Assembly (NCBI GenBank): GCA_013289475.1 | Contig: JABCZW010000004.1 | Location: 3,596-67,595 of the forward strand | Source: Bacteroidota bacterium | GTDB lineage: Bacteria > Bacteroidota > Bacteroidia > JABEUT01 | DNA: 64,000 bases | Direction: 5' to 3' | Part shown: positions 16,420 to 26,565 of the stretch, one piece after another | Layout of the letters: every line of letters starts with the position of its first letter | Numbering within the stretch: the stretch's first letter is position 1 | Position numbers and translations under genes: made by a program | Notes under the pieces: generated by a model | What the model saw: only the letters and a program-made list of their open reading frames with translations | Database searches by the model: none | What the model was told of the DNA's origin: nothing

Positions 16420-19284
16420 TTATAGTTCTTTAGCCAAGTATACGGCAGTATGGCTCTTTTTGTTTTTTATTATTTCTTCGGGGGTGCCTTCAACTATTAT
16501 TTGGCCGCCTTTAGCGCCGCCTTCTGGGCCAAGGTCAATAATATGATCGGCTACTTTTATTACATCCATATTATGTTCTATAACAATAACAGTGTTGCCA
16601 TAGTCAACCAGCTTATTTAATACATCAAGCAGCAGGCGGATGTCTTCAAAATGCAGGCCTGTGGTTGGTTCATCGAGTATATAAAGAGTATTACCGGTTT
16701 GCCTTTTCGATAATTCTGTTGCTAATTTGGTACGTTGTGCCTCACCACCTGATAAGGTAGTGGAGGATTGACCTAATGTAATATAGCCTAAGCCTATCTG
16801 GCTAAGAGTAACTATTTTTTGATGTATAGAAGGAATCTCAGAGAAAAACTCGACTGCTTGTTCAACCGTTAAGTTAAGTACATCGTTAATTGATTTGCCT
16901 TTAAACCTTACCTCAAGGGTTTCCCTGTTATAACGTTTGCCATTGCATTCGTTGCAAACCACATATACATCGGGTAAAAAGTTCATTTCAATAGTGCGTA
17001 AACCTGCGCCCTGGCATGTTTCGCACCTGCCGCCCTTTACATTGAAAGAGAATCTTCCCGCCTGGTATCCGCGTATTTTAGCCTCAGGTAATGCTGCAAA
17101 CAGGTTACGTATGTCGGCAAAAACGTTTACATAGGTAGCAGGGTTTGAACGTGGAGTTCGCCCTATAGGTGCCTGGTCAATTTCAATTACCTTATCTATG
17201 TGTTGCAAGCCGGTAATGGAATCATATTCCAATGGTTTTTTCTCTGCCCGGTAAATATGATGGTTGAGAATAGGGTAGAGGGTTTCATTAATTAAAGATG
17301 ATTTCCCTCCGCCCGAAACACCGGTTACGCAAATAAGTTTGCCTAATGGAAAAGCTACTGTAACATTCTTCAGATTATGGCCTTTGGCTCCTTTCAATAC
17401 AATTTCTTTGCCACTGCCTTTCCTGCGTTTCGTGGGTATGGCAATTTCTTTTTTCCCTAAAAGGAATTCGGCAGTAAGGCCCGGCTGCTTAACAAATTTT
17501 TCAGGAGTTCCCTGGGCAACAATTTTACCACCATGCATACCTGTGCCGGGGCCAATGTCTATAATCCAGTCCGATGCAAGCATCATTTCTTTGTCATGCT
17601 CAACAACAATTACTGAATTACCAATATCACGCAATTGCTTAAGCGCTTCAATAAGTTTGGTATTATCACGCTGGTGCAGGCCAATGCTTGGCTCATCGAG
17701 TATATACAATACGCCAACCAGTTGCGAACCTATTTGTGTAGCAAGGCGTATACGTTGTGCCTCGCCGCCCGATAATGTACGGGAGCTGCGGTTAAGAGTG
17801 AGGTAATCGAGCCCTACGTTAAGCAAAAACTGTGCACGGCTGCGGAGCTCTTTTAAGACTTCTTTGGCAATAATTTTATTTTTAGCGCTTATTTTGCTTT
17901 CTATTGTAAGGAACCAATCATAGAGTGCGACAATATCTAAAGAGGCTAATTCAGCAATGTTCTTATCATCAATTTTAAAGTAAAGGGCTTCTTTCTTTAA
18001 TCGGGTTCCTTTGCAATCGGGGCATATTACTTTATTCATAAAGCCCGAAGCCCATTCTGCCAGCCCGGGTGTATCGCTCTCCTGCCTTTGGCGTTCAATA
18101 AAGTTAACGATACCTTCAAAATTCAGTGCATAGCTGTGTGCATTGCTGGTTAGGCTTTCACGCACTTTCAATATTTCATCAGAGCCATATAAAATAGTAT
18201 GTATAGCTTCTTCAGGTATTTTGTTTACAGGTGTATCGAGGGTAAAGCCATGCTTTTCGCCAATAGCGTCAAGCTGACGGAATATCCAGTTATCTTTTCT
18301 TTTACCCACAGGGGCAATAGCACCGTCGTTAATTGATTTGTGGGTATCGGGTATAATTTTTTTTGCATCAATTTGCGCCACTTCACCCAGACCATTACAA
18401 TTCGGGCATGCACCATAAGGAGAGTTGAATGAGAAAAGATTGGGTGCCGGCTCATCGTAAGATATGCCTGAAGTAGGGCACATTAAAAAACGGCTGTAAT
18501 GATGTACCTTGTTATCTTCGGTAATTACTGTAATAATTCCTTTGCCGTTTTTCATAGCAAGGGCAACCGATTCGGTAATTCGTTTTTGCGAATCAATATG
18601 TACTTCAACCCGGTCAATAAGCACTTCAATATCGTGTATGCTATACCTGTCAGTATGCATACCGGCCTTTATTTCTTTTATGTCGCCATCAATTCTAACG
18701 CGTGAGAAGCCGCTTTTTCGCAATTGCTCAAAAAGCTCTCGGTAATGGCCTTTTCTGCCTTTTACAACAGGTGCAAGTATTTGTATCTTCTGTTTGTCGA
18801 ATTTTTCAATTATCAGGTCCACTATTTGTTTCTCTGAGAACCGAACCATTTTTTCTCCTGTTACATACGAGAATGCTTCTCCTGTTCGGGCAAATAGTAG
18901 GCGAAGAAAGTCATATATTTCAGTAATGGTACCAACCGTTGAGCGCGGGTTTTTATTTACCGTTTTCTGCTCAATAGATATAACGGGGCTAAGGCCTTCA
19001 ATTTTATCTACATCAGGCCGTTCCATACTGCCTAAAAACTGGCGGGCGTATGCCGATAATGTTTCAATGTACCTGCGTTGCCCTTCCGCATAAATGGTAT
19101 CAAATGCCAATGATGATTTTCCGCTGCCGCTTAAACCTGTAATTACCACAAGCTTGTTACGCGGTATTGAAAGACTTATGTTCTTCAGGTTATGTTCGCG
19201 GGCGCCAATAACCTCAATGTATTCCTGTGCGGAAATAATATCATTGGGTTTTTCAAGTATCTCCGTCTTCACCTTATTTTTCAA
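16420..19284 (-). CDS. uvrA: excinuclease ABC subunit A
   Basis: 954 aa. Two ABC modules (GLSGSGKSS and GVSGGGKSS, with LSGGEAQR twice) and CxxC zinc-finger pairs. Confidence 0.97.
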   Translation of the reverse strand: MKNKVKTEILEKPNDIISAQEYIEVIGAREHNLKNISLSIPRNKLVVITGLSGSGKSSLAFDTIYAEGQRRYIETLSAYARQFLGSMERPDVDKIEGLSPVISIEQKTVNKNPRSTVGTITEIYDFLRLLFARTGEAFSYVTGEKMVRFSEKQIVDLIIEKFDKQKIQILAPVVKGRKGHYRELFEQLRKSGFSRVRIDGDIKEIKAGMHTDRYSIHDIEVLIDRVEVHIDSQKRITESVALAMKNGKGIITVITEDNKVHHYSRFLMCPTSGISYDEPAPNLFSFNSPYGACPNCNGLGEVAQIDAKKIIPDTHKSINDGAIAPVGKRKDNWIFRQLDAIGEKHGFTLDTPVNKIPEEAIHTILYGSDEILKVRESLTSNAHSYALNFEGIVNFIERQRQESDTPGLAEWASGFMNKVICPDCKGTRLKKEALYFKIDDKNIAELASLDIVALYDWFLTIESKISAKNKIIAKEVLKELRSRAQFLLNVGLDYLTLNRSSRTLSGGEAQRIRLATQIGSQLVGVLYILDEPSIGLHQRDNTKLIEALKQLRDIGNSVIVVEHDKEMMLASDWIIDIGPGTGMHGGKIVAQGTPEKFVKQPGLTAEFLLGKKEIAIPTKRRKGSGKEIVLKGAKGHNLKNVTVAFPLGKLICVTGVSGGGKSSLINETLYPILNHHIYRAEKKPLEYDSITGLQHIDKVIEIDQAPIGRTPRSNPATYVNVFADIRNLFAALPEAKIRGYQAGRFSFNVKGGRCETCQGAGLRTIEMNFLPDVYVVCNECNGKRYNRETLEVRFKGKSINDVLNLTVEQAVEFFSEIPSIHQKIVTLSQIGLGYITLGQSSTTLSGGEAQRTKLATELSKRQTGNTLYILDEPTTGLHFEDIRLLLDVLNKLVDYGNTVIVIEHNMDVIKVADHIIDLGPEGGAKGGQIIVEGTPEEIIKNKKSHTAVYLAKEL

Positions 19285-20476
19285 ATATCATAAGCTCATC
19301 TTTTGGTTTGAGCTTTAATGTATCGGTAATAGAATTCCATGCGCAAAGCTTTTCTACCGGTACGTTATACTGCTTTGCAATAGATTGTATGTTTTCACCG
19401 GCTTTTACAATGTGTATGGTTATTTTGCCTTTGCTTCCGTCTTGCTTTATAAGCGTGTCGGCTGCTTTTGCAATTAAAGAAGTACTGTCGGCAAAGGTTA
19501 CATATTCACCAAGGTCAAGAAAGGGAACATTCTTCACCGGAAGCGAAATAGCGTAAATGCGCTTATCGGCATCGGGTAGTTTATCAGTAAGCAGCCAGGG
19601 GTTAAGCATTTTCAGCACCCTGTAATTTATTCCTTTACTTATTGCAAAATCTGCCAGGTTGGTAATAGATGAATCAACCGGCATAAGATATACCGGCAAC
19701 TGGTTATACATATCTGCAGGTTTAAGGTAATAGCCAAATTGTTTCGGAGAAGATGACAAAGCCTTAAGTGCTAATATACGGTAAACATAACGTGCTGTTT
19801 CAGTATTCAATTCAAGCTCGTAATAGTTATTCTGCCTTTGTCTTTGTAGTTCTTTTGCTACTCCGCCCAGGCCCAGGTTATAAGATGCTGCTACCAGTGT
19901 CCAGTTATGAAATTCTGCATAAGCTTCTTTAAAATAACGGCAGGCTGCTTCGGTGCTTTTTTCAAGATTATAGCGTTCATCTACATCTTTGGTTATCTCA
20001 AGCCCGTAAGCTTCACCTGTCGACCTCATAAACTGCCAAAATCCTGATGCACCTACGCCGGAAACTTTATAGCTGAATCCGCTTTCGGCCATTGCCAGGT
20101 ATTTAAAATCTTCCGGTATTCCGTTCTTTTTAAGTATTTGTTCAATTACAGGAAAATAGCGATGCGTGCGCTTCAAAACCAGTAATGTTTGCGATTGCCA
20201 ATATGTATTTACGAGCATTTCCTGTTCCAGGTTTTCCCTTATTCCAAAATGGTTCATCGGTACTTTTTCCCCCGCAAAACTCATGGTATCGGGTAAAGGA
20301 ACAGGGAATATTTTATAGCTCTGGCTAAAGGAGTTGTTGTCGGCATTAATATTGCCTGAGGAGTTTAGTAATTCAATTGTCATGGAAAGAAGTACTACGC
20401 TTCCACCAACGAAGAATATGTTCTTAAGTTTGCCTTTTACTGCATCGGGAATTATTGTTGAAATATTAAGCCTCAT
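19274..20476 (-). CDS. membrane-bound lytic transglycosylase with C-terminal LysM domain (MltD-like)
   Basis: SLT core AMAESGF...GFWQFM and a LysM domain (HIVKAGENIQSIAKQYNVPVEKLCAWN). I chose the internal Met (MRLNIST), which precedes a TM anchor. The tracked ORF start at 20542 lies inside the upstream gene. Confidence 0.8.
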   Translation of the reverse strand: MRLNISTIIPDAVKGKLKNIFFVGGSVVLLSMTIELLNSSGNINADNNSFSQSYKIFPVPLPDTMSFAGEKVPMNHFGIRENLEQEMLVNTYWQSQTLLVLKRTHRYFPVIEQILKKNGIPEDFKYLAMAESGFSYKVSGVGASGFWQFMRSTGEAYGLEITKDVDERYNLEKSTEAACRYFKEAYAEFHNWTLVAASYNLGLGGVAKELQRQRQNNYYELELNTETARYVYRILALKALSSSPKQFGYYLKPADMYNQLPVYLMPVDSSITNLADFAISKGINYRVLKMLNPWLLTDKLPDADKRIYAISLPVKNVPFLDLGEYVTFADSTSLIAKAADTLIKQDGSKGKITIHIVKAGENIQSIAKQYNVPVEKLCAWNSITDTLKLKPKDELMIFEK

Positions 20477-21536
20477 TTTCTTTCTTTTTGATGCGGGTAA
20501 TAATAAAAAAGGCAATGAGTGAAAGAAGAAAGTAAGCACCAAAGAGGCTGCAATACAATACAGACCAGTCTTTTATGTATTTGTTTATGAATACAACAAA
20601 TAGTAATGATACGCCGGAGTAGGCAGAATATAGAATGGCTATACTGGTTTCTTTAATGCCCAGGTAAAAAAGGTGGTGTGTAGTGTGGTCTTTACCTCCT
20701 ACAAATGGTGAGTTGCCTTTTAGTATGCGGTTAGTAAAAACAATAGTAGTGTCAATTATGGGTAATGCAAATGTTAACAGTACAGAAAGCAGGCGTTTGG
20801 TAGCCGGCAAGAAAGGCTCGGGCGAGGTGCCCCATAAAAATAAAATACTTACCGCTGCCATAAATGCACCCAGGAATTGTGTCCCGGTATCGCCCATATA
20901 CATCTTTGAAGGATACCAGTTAAAGAGCAGGAAAGCTGATATAGCCGATGCTGTGCCGAGTATAAGTGTAAAGAAAACCGAATCGGATTGCCTGTCAATA
21001 ATTAATAAACAAAGGATAACTACAAGTGCATTAAGCGATGCAATAGATGAAATAGCATCCATATTATCGAGCAGGTTTATAGCGTTCATTATACCAACCA
21101 CCCAAAGCATGGTAATAAAATAGTTAATGTATATATTTTGAAATAGTTGTATGTAAATACCTGAGTAAATAAGAATAATGCCGCAAAAGACCTGCGCCGA
21201 AAATTTCAGAACAGGATTGGTATCATAGGCATCATCGGCCAGCCCCATAAGGAAAGCAATTGTACAGGCAGCAAGCATACCCAGTGTTTGTGCGTGCAAT
21301 AATATATTGGTCGATTGAAAGAAGAGAGAATATATTATGAGAGATAAAAGGAAGGTGATAAAAAAGGTAATACCTCCCAGTGCGGGCTTGTGTACATCGC
21401 TCCAACGGATAATGTTTTCACTTTTCCGTATTCCTAATGTTCGCGAAAACTTAAGAAATAAGCTGTTCAGGAGTATAGAAAGCACAAAAACCAATGTGAA
21501 ATAACTAAAGTAAAAAAGCGGGTGATTAAGCGACAT
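20466..21536 (-). CDS. polyprenyl-phosphate sugar-1-phosphate transferase, MraY/WecA (GT4) family
   Basis: 356 aa and polytopic, with motifs NAINLLDNMD and MGDTGTQFLG. Confidence 0.8.
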   Translation of the reverse strand: MSLNHPLFYFSYFTLVFVLSILLNSLFLKFSRTLGIRKSENIIRWSDVHKPALGGITFFITFLLSLIIYSLFFQSTNILLHAQTLGMLAACTIAFLMGLADDAYDTNPVLKFSAQVFCGIILIYSGIYIQLFQNIYINYFITMLWVVGIMNAINLLDNMDAISSIASLNALVVILCLLIIDRQSDSVFFTLILGTASAISAFLLFNWYPSKMYMGDTGTQFLGAFMAAVSILFLWGTSPEPFLPATKRLLSVLLTFALPIIDTTIVFTNRILKGNSPFVGGKDHTTHHLFYLGIKETSIAILYSAYSGVSLLFVVFINKYIKDWSVLYCSLFGAYFLLSLIAFFIITRIKKKENEA

Positions 21537-21546
21537 GGAATAGAGG

Positions 21547-22089
21547 TTAGAACTGGCTTTTAAAATCCTTAAATAGTTTACCGTTTTTATCTTTTTCAGA
21601 TAAAACAGGGTTTTCTATATTCCATTTAATATGCAGGTCCGGGTCATTCCAATAAATAGAATCTTCAGAGGCTTTATTATAAAGCCTTGAACATTTATAA
21701 AGGAATACTGTATCATTTTCGAGTGTTTTAAATCCATGGGCAAAACCTTCGGGTATGTACAACATGGTTTTGTTTTTTTCACTCAGTTCCAGGCCAAAGT
21801 GCTCGCCATAAGTTGGTGAATTTTTCCGTATGTCAACCGCTACGTCCCAAACAGAACCCTGTATTACCCTAACCAGTTTTGACTGAGCAAAAGGAGGGTT
21901 TTGAAAATGAAGCCCGCGCAAAACACCTGTTTGCGACATTGATTGGTTGTCTTGCTGAAAGTCATCAGTTATACCCAATCCGGCAAATACCTTTTTATTA
22001 TAAGGCTCATAAAAATATCCTCTCTCATCCTGAAATACCTTAGGCTGAATGACCAATAATCCCTTAAGCGGTGTTTGCGTTACTTCCAT
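21547..22089 (-). CDS. rmlC: dTDP-4-dehydrorhamnose 3,5-epimerase
   Basis: Cupin motifs QPKVFQDERGYFYE, RGLHFQ and GSVWDVAVDIR. The start is set at MEVTQTPLKG. The tracked upstream extension reads the Wzc YG repeat in another frame. Confidence 0.88.
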   Translation of the reverse strand: MEVTQTPLKGLLVIQPKVFQDERGYFYEPYNKKVFAGLGITDDFQQDNQSMSQTGVLRGLHFQNPPFAQSKLVRVIQGSVWDVAVDIRKNSPTYGEHFGLELSEKNKTMLYIPEGFAHGFKTLENDTVFLYKCSRLYNKASEDSIYWNDPDLHIKWNIENPVLSEKDKNGKLFKDFKSQF

Positions 22090-22096
22090 TTCTGTT

Positions 22097-24535
22097 TTAT
22101 GCTTCGTAATAATTATTATGCCCGTAACCATAACCGTAACCGTAACCATAGCCATAATAACCATAGCCATATGGATTGCGTTTAAGGTTTACGCCGTTCA
22201 GGACAAAAGAAAGTTTGTGCAAATGATTTTTGTAATATAAACGATCTACAAAATGAACAAATTCACGTTTCGAATAATCTGCTCTCATTACATAAATAGG
22301 GTAATCTGCTTTTTGTAGCATGGCTATTCCATCAGTTACAAGTCCCACAGGCGGATTATCTATTATAATAATATCATATTTTGTTTTAAGCAACTCCAGT
22401 AAGTCATCCATTGCTTTGCTTATTACAAGCTCAGATGGATTGGGAGGAATTGGCCCAGCTGTAATTACGTGAAGATTCTCGAGTTCTGACACCTGTATGG
22501 TTTCTTCCAATTTATTTTTGCCTATCAGCAAAGTGCTCATTCCCTTCGAATTGTCCATGCCAAGTGCAGTATGTATCCTGGGCTTGCGCATATCAAGGTC
22601 AAGAATAATAACTTTTTTGCCCGAATAGGTAATGAGGCCAGCCAGGTTTATAGAAACGAATGTTTTGCCTTCGCCGGATATCGTGGATGTTATGGCGATT
22701 ATTTTAGCTTCTGCATCGTTTGAAATAAACTGGAGGTTTGTACGTATAGAACGGAAAGACTCAGCCAGCAGCGATTTTGGATTATGGTTAACAATAAACT
22801 GCGATGAAGGGATTTCTTTTGTATATAATGGCACAACGCCAAGCAATGTTATTGGACTTTCAGCTATATGCTCAATATCTTCAAGTGAAGAAATATTATT
22901 ATAAAAAAGATAGATGATCAAAAGAATTACAATGCTTATACCGAACGCTGCAATTACTGCTATGGTAAAACTCAGGGTTTTTTGCGGAGAAACCGGTATT
23001 TGAGATGCAGTAGCATTTTCAAGTACCTGGCTTTCGGCTACATACCCGGCTTTTGATATCTGGTATTCGGTCTTTTTTTCGAGTAACGCATCATAATATT
23101 TTTCATTAATGCTAAAGAGCCTTTGCAATCTCATGAAATCAATACTTGTTCCGGTTGATTTATCAGGATAAAGAGCTTTTATATGATTAATTTGACCTTC
23201 AAGATCAGATTTTTGTGATTCGAGTTTCTCACTTATTACAGGAATGCAAAGCATTATCAGCTTCTTTTGATTATCTATTTCCTTATCAAAATTTACAGCA
23301 CTTGGGTTATCAGGCTTTATGTCAAAGCCTGCATCCTGCTTTTTAACCATCATTCGGCGCAGTTCGGCCAGGTAGTCTTTCAACTGGTCGCCTACATTGC
23401 TCCCGCTTAGTAAAATCAATAATTCGGTAGGGTCAATATCTTGTTTGGCGCTTATTTCACTAACCAGGTGCGATAGTATCTTTTCATTCAAATCCAAAGC
23501 AGTTAGTTGATCCTCAAGGGTTGAGAGGTGAGTCATATTTATTGCAAAGGCACTTTGGGCGGGAGTTGTAGCAGTATTTATTGTGTTATTGCTTGGAAAA
23601 GAGTCGAGAGATAATTCAATAAGCCGTATTTTATCAAGTTCATATTGTAATTGTTCATCAACAAATCTTAAAATGCTTTGGGCACTCTCCGTTTTTTTGC
23701 TTAATGAATGTTGTATGTAAACTTTTGCTATTGAATTTGCCAGGTCTGCGGCTTTTGAATCATTAAAATCTTCGCACGAAATTTGTAAGGTACGCGCATC
23801 CGGATTCAATACTTTTACAGTAATACTTGGTGCGTATTGCCTGGCTAACTGGGCAGGACTGTTTATAATAAAAAAACAGGCATCTTTTTTTACCTGGCCC
23901 TGTAAAGTTTCAAGCAGGCTGTAATTTAAAATAATTATTTTCAGGTTCCCGTCTGGTGTGGTGGTCCAATTGCCCGATGTAAATGGAATCGTTTCATTGT
24001 TCCCATTTTTTGAATACGTGATCTGGCCTGATGTTGAAGATAAGCAGCGTATGTAGATTTTTTGACTCAGTAATTTTTTTGAAGCAATACTATCACAATC
24101 GACATGATAAGGCCCGGATAAATATTGTTCGTCATTTTTAAAGGTACCTTCCGTAAAATAAGAAACATTCATATTAGGAAGTGAACGGAAAACTTCTTCC
24201 AGAAAAAGAGGTGAACGGATCAGTTCTACCGATTGAGCCAATTCTTCATCAGGTGACTGAAAAAGTGAAGAGGTATTTGAACCAAGAATCATGTTCGATT
24301 TATTCTGAGAATTAATTTGTATGGTGCTGCTTTCCTCAAATATACGTTGTGCGTAACGTAAGTAAAGAATTGTAATGACAAAAGCGCTGAGGAAAACAAT
24401 TGCAACCCATTTCCATTTTTTTTGAGCAATTAAAATGAATAATGACAAGTCGAATTCTTCGTTAATGGAAGAAGGCTTCTTGGGTTTGCGTTGCCTTGGA
24501 GGTATAGGCGAGTTTTCCGGAGCTGTATTTTGCAT
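22097..24535 (-). CDS. polysaccharide co-polymerase / tyrosine autokinase (Wzc/PCP-2a type)
   Basis: 812 aa. Has an N-terminal TM helix, a long coiled periplasmic domain and a second TM helix. The cytoplasmic P-loop kinase carries SGEGKT (Walker A) and IIIDNPP. The C-terminal Tyr cluster reads YGYGYYGYGYGYGYGYGHNNYY. Confidence 0.88.
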   Translation of the reverse strand: MQNTAPENSPIPPRQRKPKKPSSINEEFDLSLFILIAQKKWKWVAIVFLSAFVITILYLRYAQRIFEESSTIQINSQNKSNMILGSNTSSLFQSPDEELAQSVELIRSPLFLEEVFRSLPNMNVSYFTEGTFKNDEQYLSGPYHVDCDSIASKKLLSQKIYIRCLSSTSGQITYSKNGNNETIPFTSGNWTTTPDGNLKIIILNYSLLETLQGQVKKDACFFIINSPAQLARQYAPSITVKVLNPDARTLQISCEDFNDSKAADLANSIAKVYIQHSLSKKTESAQSILRFVDEQLQYELDKIRLIELSLDSFPSNNTINTATTPAQSAFAINMTHLSTLEDQLTALDLNEKILSHLVSEISAKQDIDPTELLILLSGSNVGDQLKDYLAELRRMMVKKQDAGFDIKPDNPSAVNFDKEIDNQKKLIMLCIPVISEKLESQKSDLEGQINHIKALYPDKSTGTSIDFMRLQRLFSINEKYYDALLEKKTEYQISKAGYVAESQVLENATASQIPVSPQKTLSFTIAVIAAFGISIVILLIIYLFYNNISSLEDIEHIAESPITLLGVVPLYTKEIPSSQFIVNHNPKSLLAESFRSIRTNLQFISNDAEAKIIAITSTISGEGKTFVSINLAGLITYSGKKVIILDLDMRKPRIHTALGMDNSKGMSTLLIGKNKLEETIQVSELENLHVITAGPIPPNPSELVISKAMDDLLELLKTKYDIIIIDNPPVGLVTDGIAMLQKADYPIYVMRADYSKREFVHFVDRLYYKNHLHKLSFVLNGVNLKRNPYGYGYYGYGYGYGYGYGHNNYYEA
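22121..22171 (-). repeat. 17-codon (Tyr-Gly)n repeat encoding the Wzc C-terminal tyrosine cluster
   Basis: On the + strand this is cccgtaaccataaccgtaaccgtaaccatagccataataaccatagccata, i.e. tandem GGN-TAY hexamers on the coding strand. Confidence 0.9.
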
Positions 24536-25314
24536 TAGAATACTTTGACGCTTTTAAGCAATGTAATGGTTAACAATACAGTAGATATGAGACTAAGTGT
24601 CGGGGTAAGCCTTTCTAGGGCAACTCCTACCGGTCTGATTTGAGGCGTGACATATATTATATCACCTTCCTGCAAAATGGTGCACCCATCTTTAATGCCA
24701 TTAATAGTAGATAAATCTATCATATAAACGTTTGGTTTATTTGGATTACCCCGTATTAATTTTATTTTTTTTGCCTTCCCATCTTCAGTAATACCACCTG
24801 AAATGGCAAGGACTTCTATAAGAGTGGTATTGTTATTGACTAAAGGTACAACCTTTGCAGTGCCCGGATTTCCCGGAAATATAATAACCCTGCGGTTTGT
24901 AACTGAAAGTATAATAAATGGTTTTATATAATATTGCGAAAACTTCTGTTCGAGCATCTGAATGGCTTCCCGTATGGTAAGTCCTACAATAGGTATTCTT
25001 CCCAAAACAGGCAGCCGTACTGTTCCATCGGGCTCAACAAGATATTGTATGTTATTTGATCCGGCACCTGAGGAAGGGGTTCCGGTGGATGAGTTATCAA
25101 CGATATTGGTATAGTCAATTAAACGGAATCCATCTTGTGAATATAACCTGAGGCTAAGGAAGTCGTTTGCTGATATTTTATAGTCAGTGCTCGATATAGA
25201 ATCATTAAGTTTAGCAAATGGATAATTGCGTGGGGTTTTTAACATCATACTTGGGTATAGCCAGGAACAGCCGGTTAAAGTAACCACGCAAATCAAAAAC
25301 AATAACTTCCTCAT
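24535..25314 (-). CDS. polysaccharide export outer-membrane lipoprotein (Wza-like)
   Basis: Start set at MRKLLFLICVVTLTGC (lipobox). The size is Poly_export/SLBB-like. It shares one base with the Wzc start (24535). Confidence 0.78.
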   Translation of the reverse strand: MRKLLFLICVVTLTGCSWLYPSMMLKTPRNYPFAKLNDSISSTDYKISANDFLSLRLYSQDGFRLIDYTNIVDNSSTGTPSSGAGSNNIQYLVEPDGTVRLPVLGRIPIVGLTIREAIQMLEQKFSQYYIKPFIILSVTNRRVIIFPGNPGTAKVVPLVNNNTTLIEVLAISGGITEDGKAKKIKLIRGNPNKPNVYMIDLSTINGIKDGCTILQEGDIIYVTPQIRPVGVALERLTPTLSLISTVLLTITLLKSVKVF

Positions 25315-25356
25315 AAAATCTATTAGGTTGATAAGAAGTACCAAAAGTACTAAAAA

Positions 25357-26565
25357 TCATAATGCCTGAATATGTTTATCTTCTATGAGTTTACGGTATA
25401 AGTTGCTCATATTCAATGCTAAAGAAGTATAGTGGAAATGGTTCATTACAAATTCTTTGCCCTTTTCTGACAAATTTTGCCTTAAAACCCTATCATTACA
25501 AAGCTTTATAAGGTTTTCTGCAAATGCTTCAACATTGTTTACCGGTGATAAAAGGGCAGTTACTTCAGGAATTACCACATTTTCAATTCCGCCAGTCTGG
25601 GTCGAAATTATGGATCTGCCTGCTGCCTGTGCCTCAATAAGGCTTACGGGAGTGCCTTCGTTAAGTGATGAAAGTGCTATAATATCTAGCCCTGCAGTAG
25701 CAATATCGGCTTCTTTTATCCATGAAGTGAAGAAAACATCGGCATTTGCATGCAGATTTGTACGCGAAGTAAATGAAAGCCCTATTTCTTTACAATATTC
25801 CATTAGCTCTTCTTTCAGTTCCCCATCTCCAATAACAAAGGCTTTTATTTTTTCGGTTGTTTTAGCTTTTGCCAATTGAAAGGCCTTTAAAAAAAGCCTG
25901 TGGTTTTTAACAGGAACGAGCCTGCCTATTATACCAATGGCAATTTCGTTATCAGCAATTTCATATTGCTCTCTGAATTGCTTTCTTTTTGATTCCTGGT
26001 TTGCCCAAAACCTCTCCAGATCGAACCCGAGCGGAACAATATGAAATTTATCTGCCGGGGCTATTTTATGAATGGCTGAAAGTTCATGTTTTTGTTTTTC
26101 GCTTAATGTAACCAACGCAGTAGTTCGTTTAGCCAAATAGCGCTCAATGTTTTTATAAACTGTTGTTTGAATATTGCCAAAATAGGAGTGAAACACATGC
26201 CCGTGAAAAGTATGCACGGTAATAGGAACCTTGCACGCGAATGCAGCCATACGCCCCAATGCACCGGCTTTTGCAGCGTGTGTATGTACAATATGAGGTT
26301 TAAAATCTTTTATGAGTTTTTTGATTTCTTTATACGCAGCAATATCGTTCATGGGATTAATAGAGCGCCGCATTTCTTTTACAATAATCGGTTTAACTCC
26401 ATTTTGTTCCAGTATAAAATCTGAACTGGCCTCCGATTCCTCTTTAGTTCCACCAACCAAAAGTGTTTCAAACTCGGGTGCCATGTAACGTGTAAGATAG
26501 GTTACATTGTAGGTTGGCCCACCCAGGTTAAAACGGTTTATAAGTCTAAGTACCCGGTATGCCAT
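25357..26565 (-). CDS. GT-B fold glycosyltransferase (GT4 family)
   Basis: 402 aa with SSLNEGTPVSLIEAQAAG (EX7E region). Abuts the asnB-like gene with 0-nt spacing. Confidence 0.8.
   Translation of the reverse strand: MAYRVLRLINRFNLGGPTYNVTYLTRYMAPEFETLLVGGTKEESEASSDFILEQNGVKPIIVKEMRRSINPMNDIAAYKEIKKLIKDFKPHIVHTHAAKAGALGRMAAFACKVPITVHTFHGHVFHSYFGNIQTTVYKNIERYLAKRTTALVTLSEKQKHELSAIHKIAPADKFHIVPLGFDLERFWANQESKRKQFREQYEIADNEIAIGIIGRLVPVKNHRLFLKAFQLAKAKTTEKIKAFVIGDGELKEELMEYCKEIGLSFTSRTNLHANADVFFTSWIKEADIATAGLDIIALSSLNEGTPVSLIEAQAAGRSIISTQTGGIENVVIPEVTALLSPVNNVEAFAENLIKLCNDRVLRQNLSEKGKEFVMNHFHYTSLALNMSNLYRKLIEDKHIQAL

Noticed and set aside
22090-22170. N-terminal extension of the rmlC ORF (MAMVIMAMVTVTVMVTG...)
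   Set aside because: It is the Wzc (Tyr-Gly)n repeat read in another frame. The conserved RmlC sequence begins at MEVTQTPLKG (22089), just downstream of the wzc stop.
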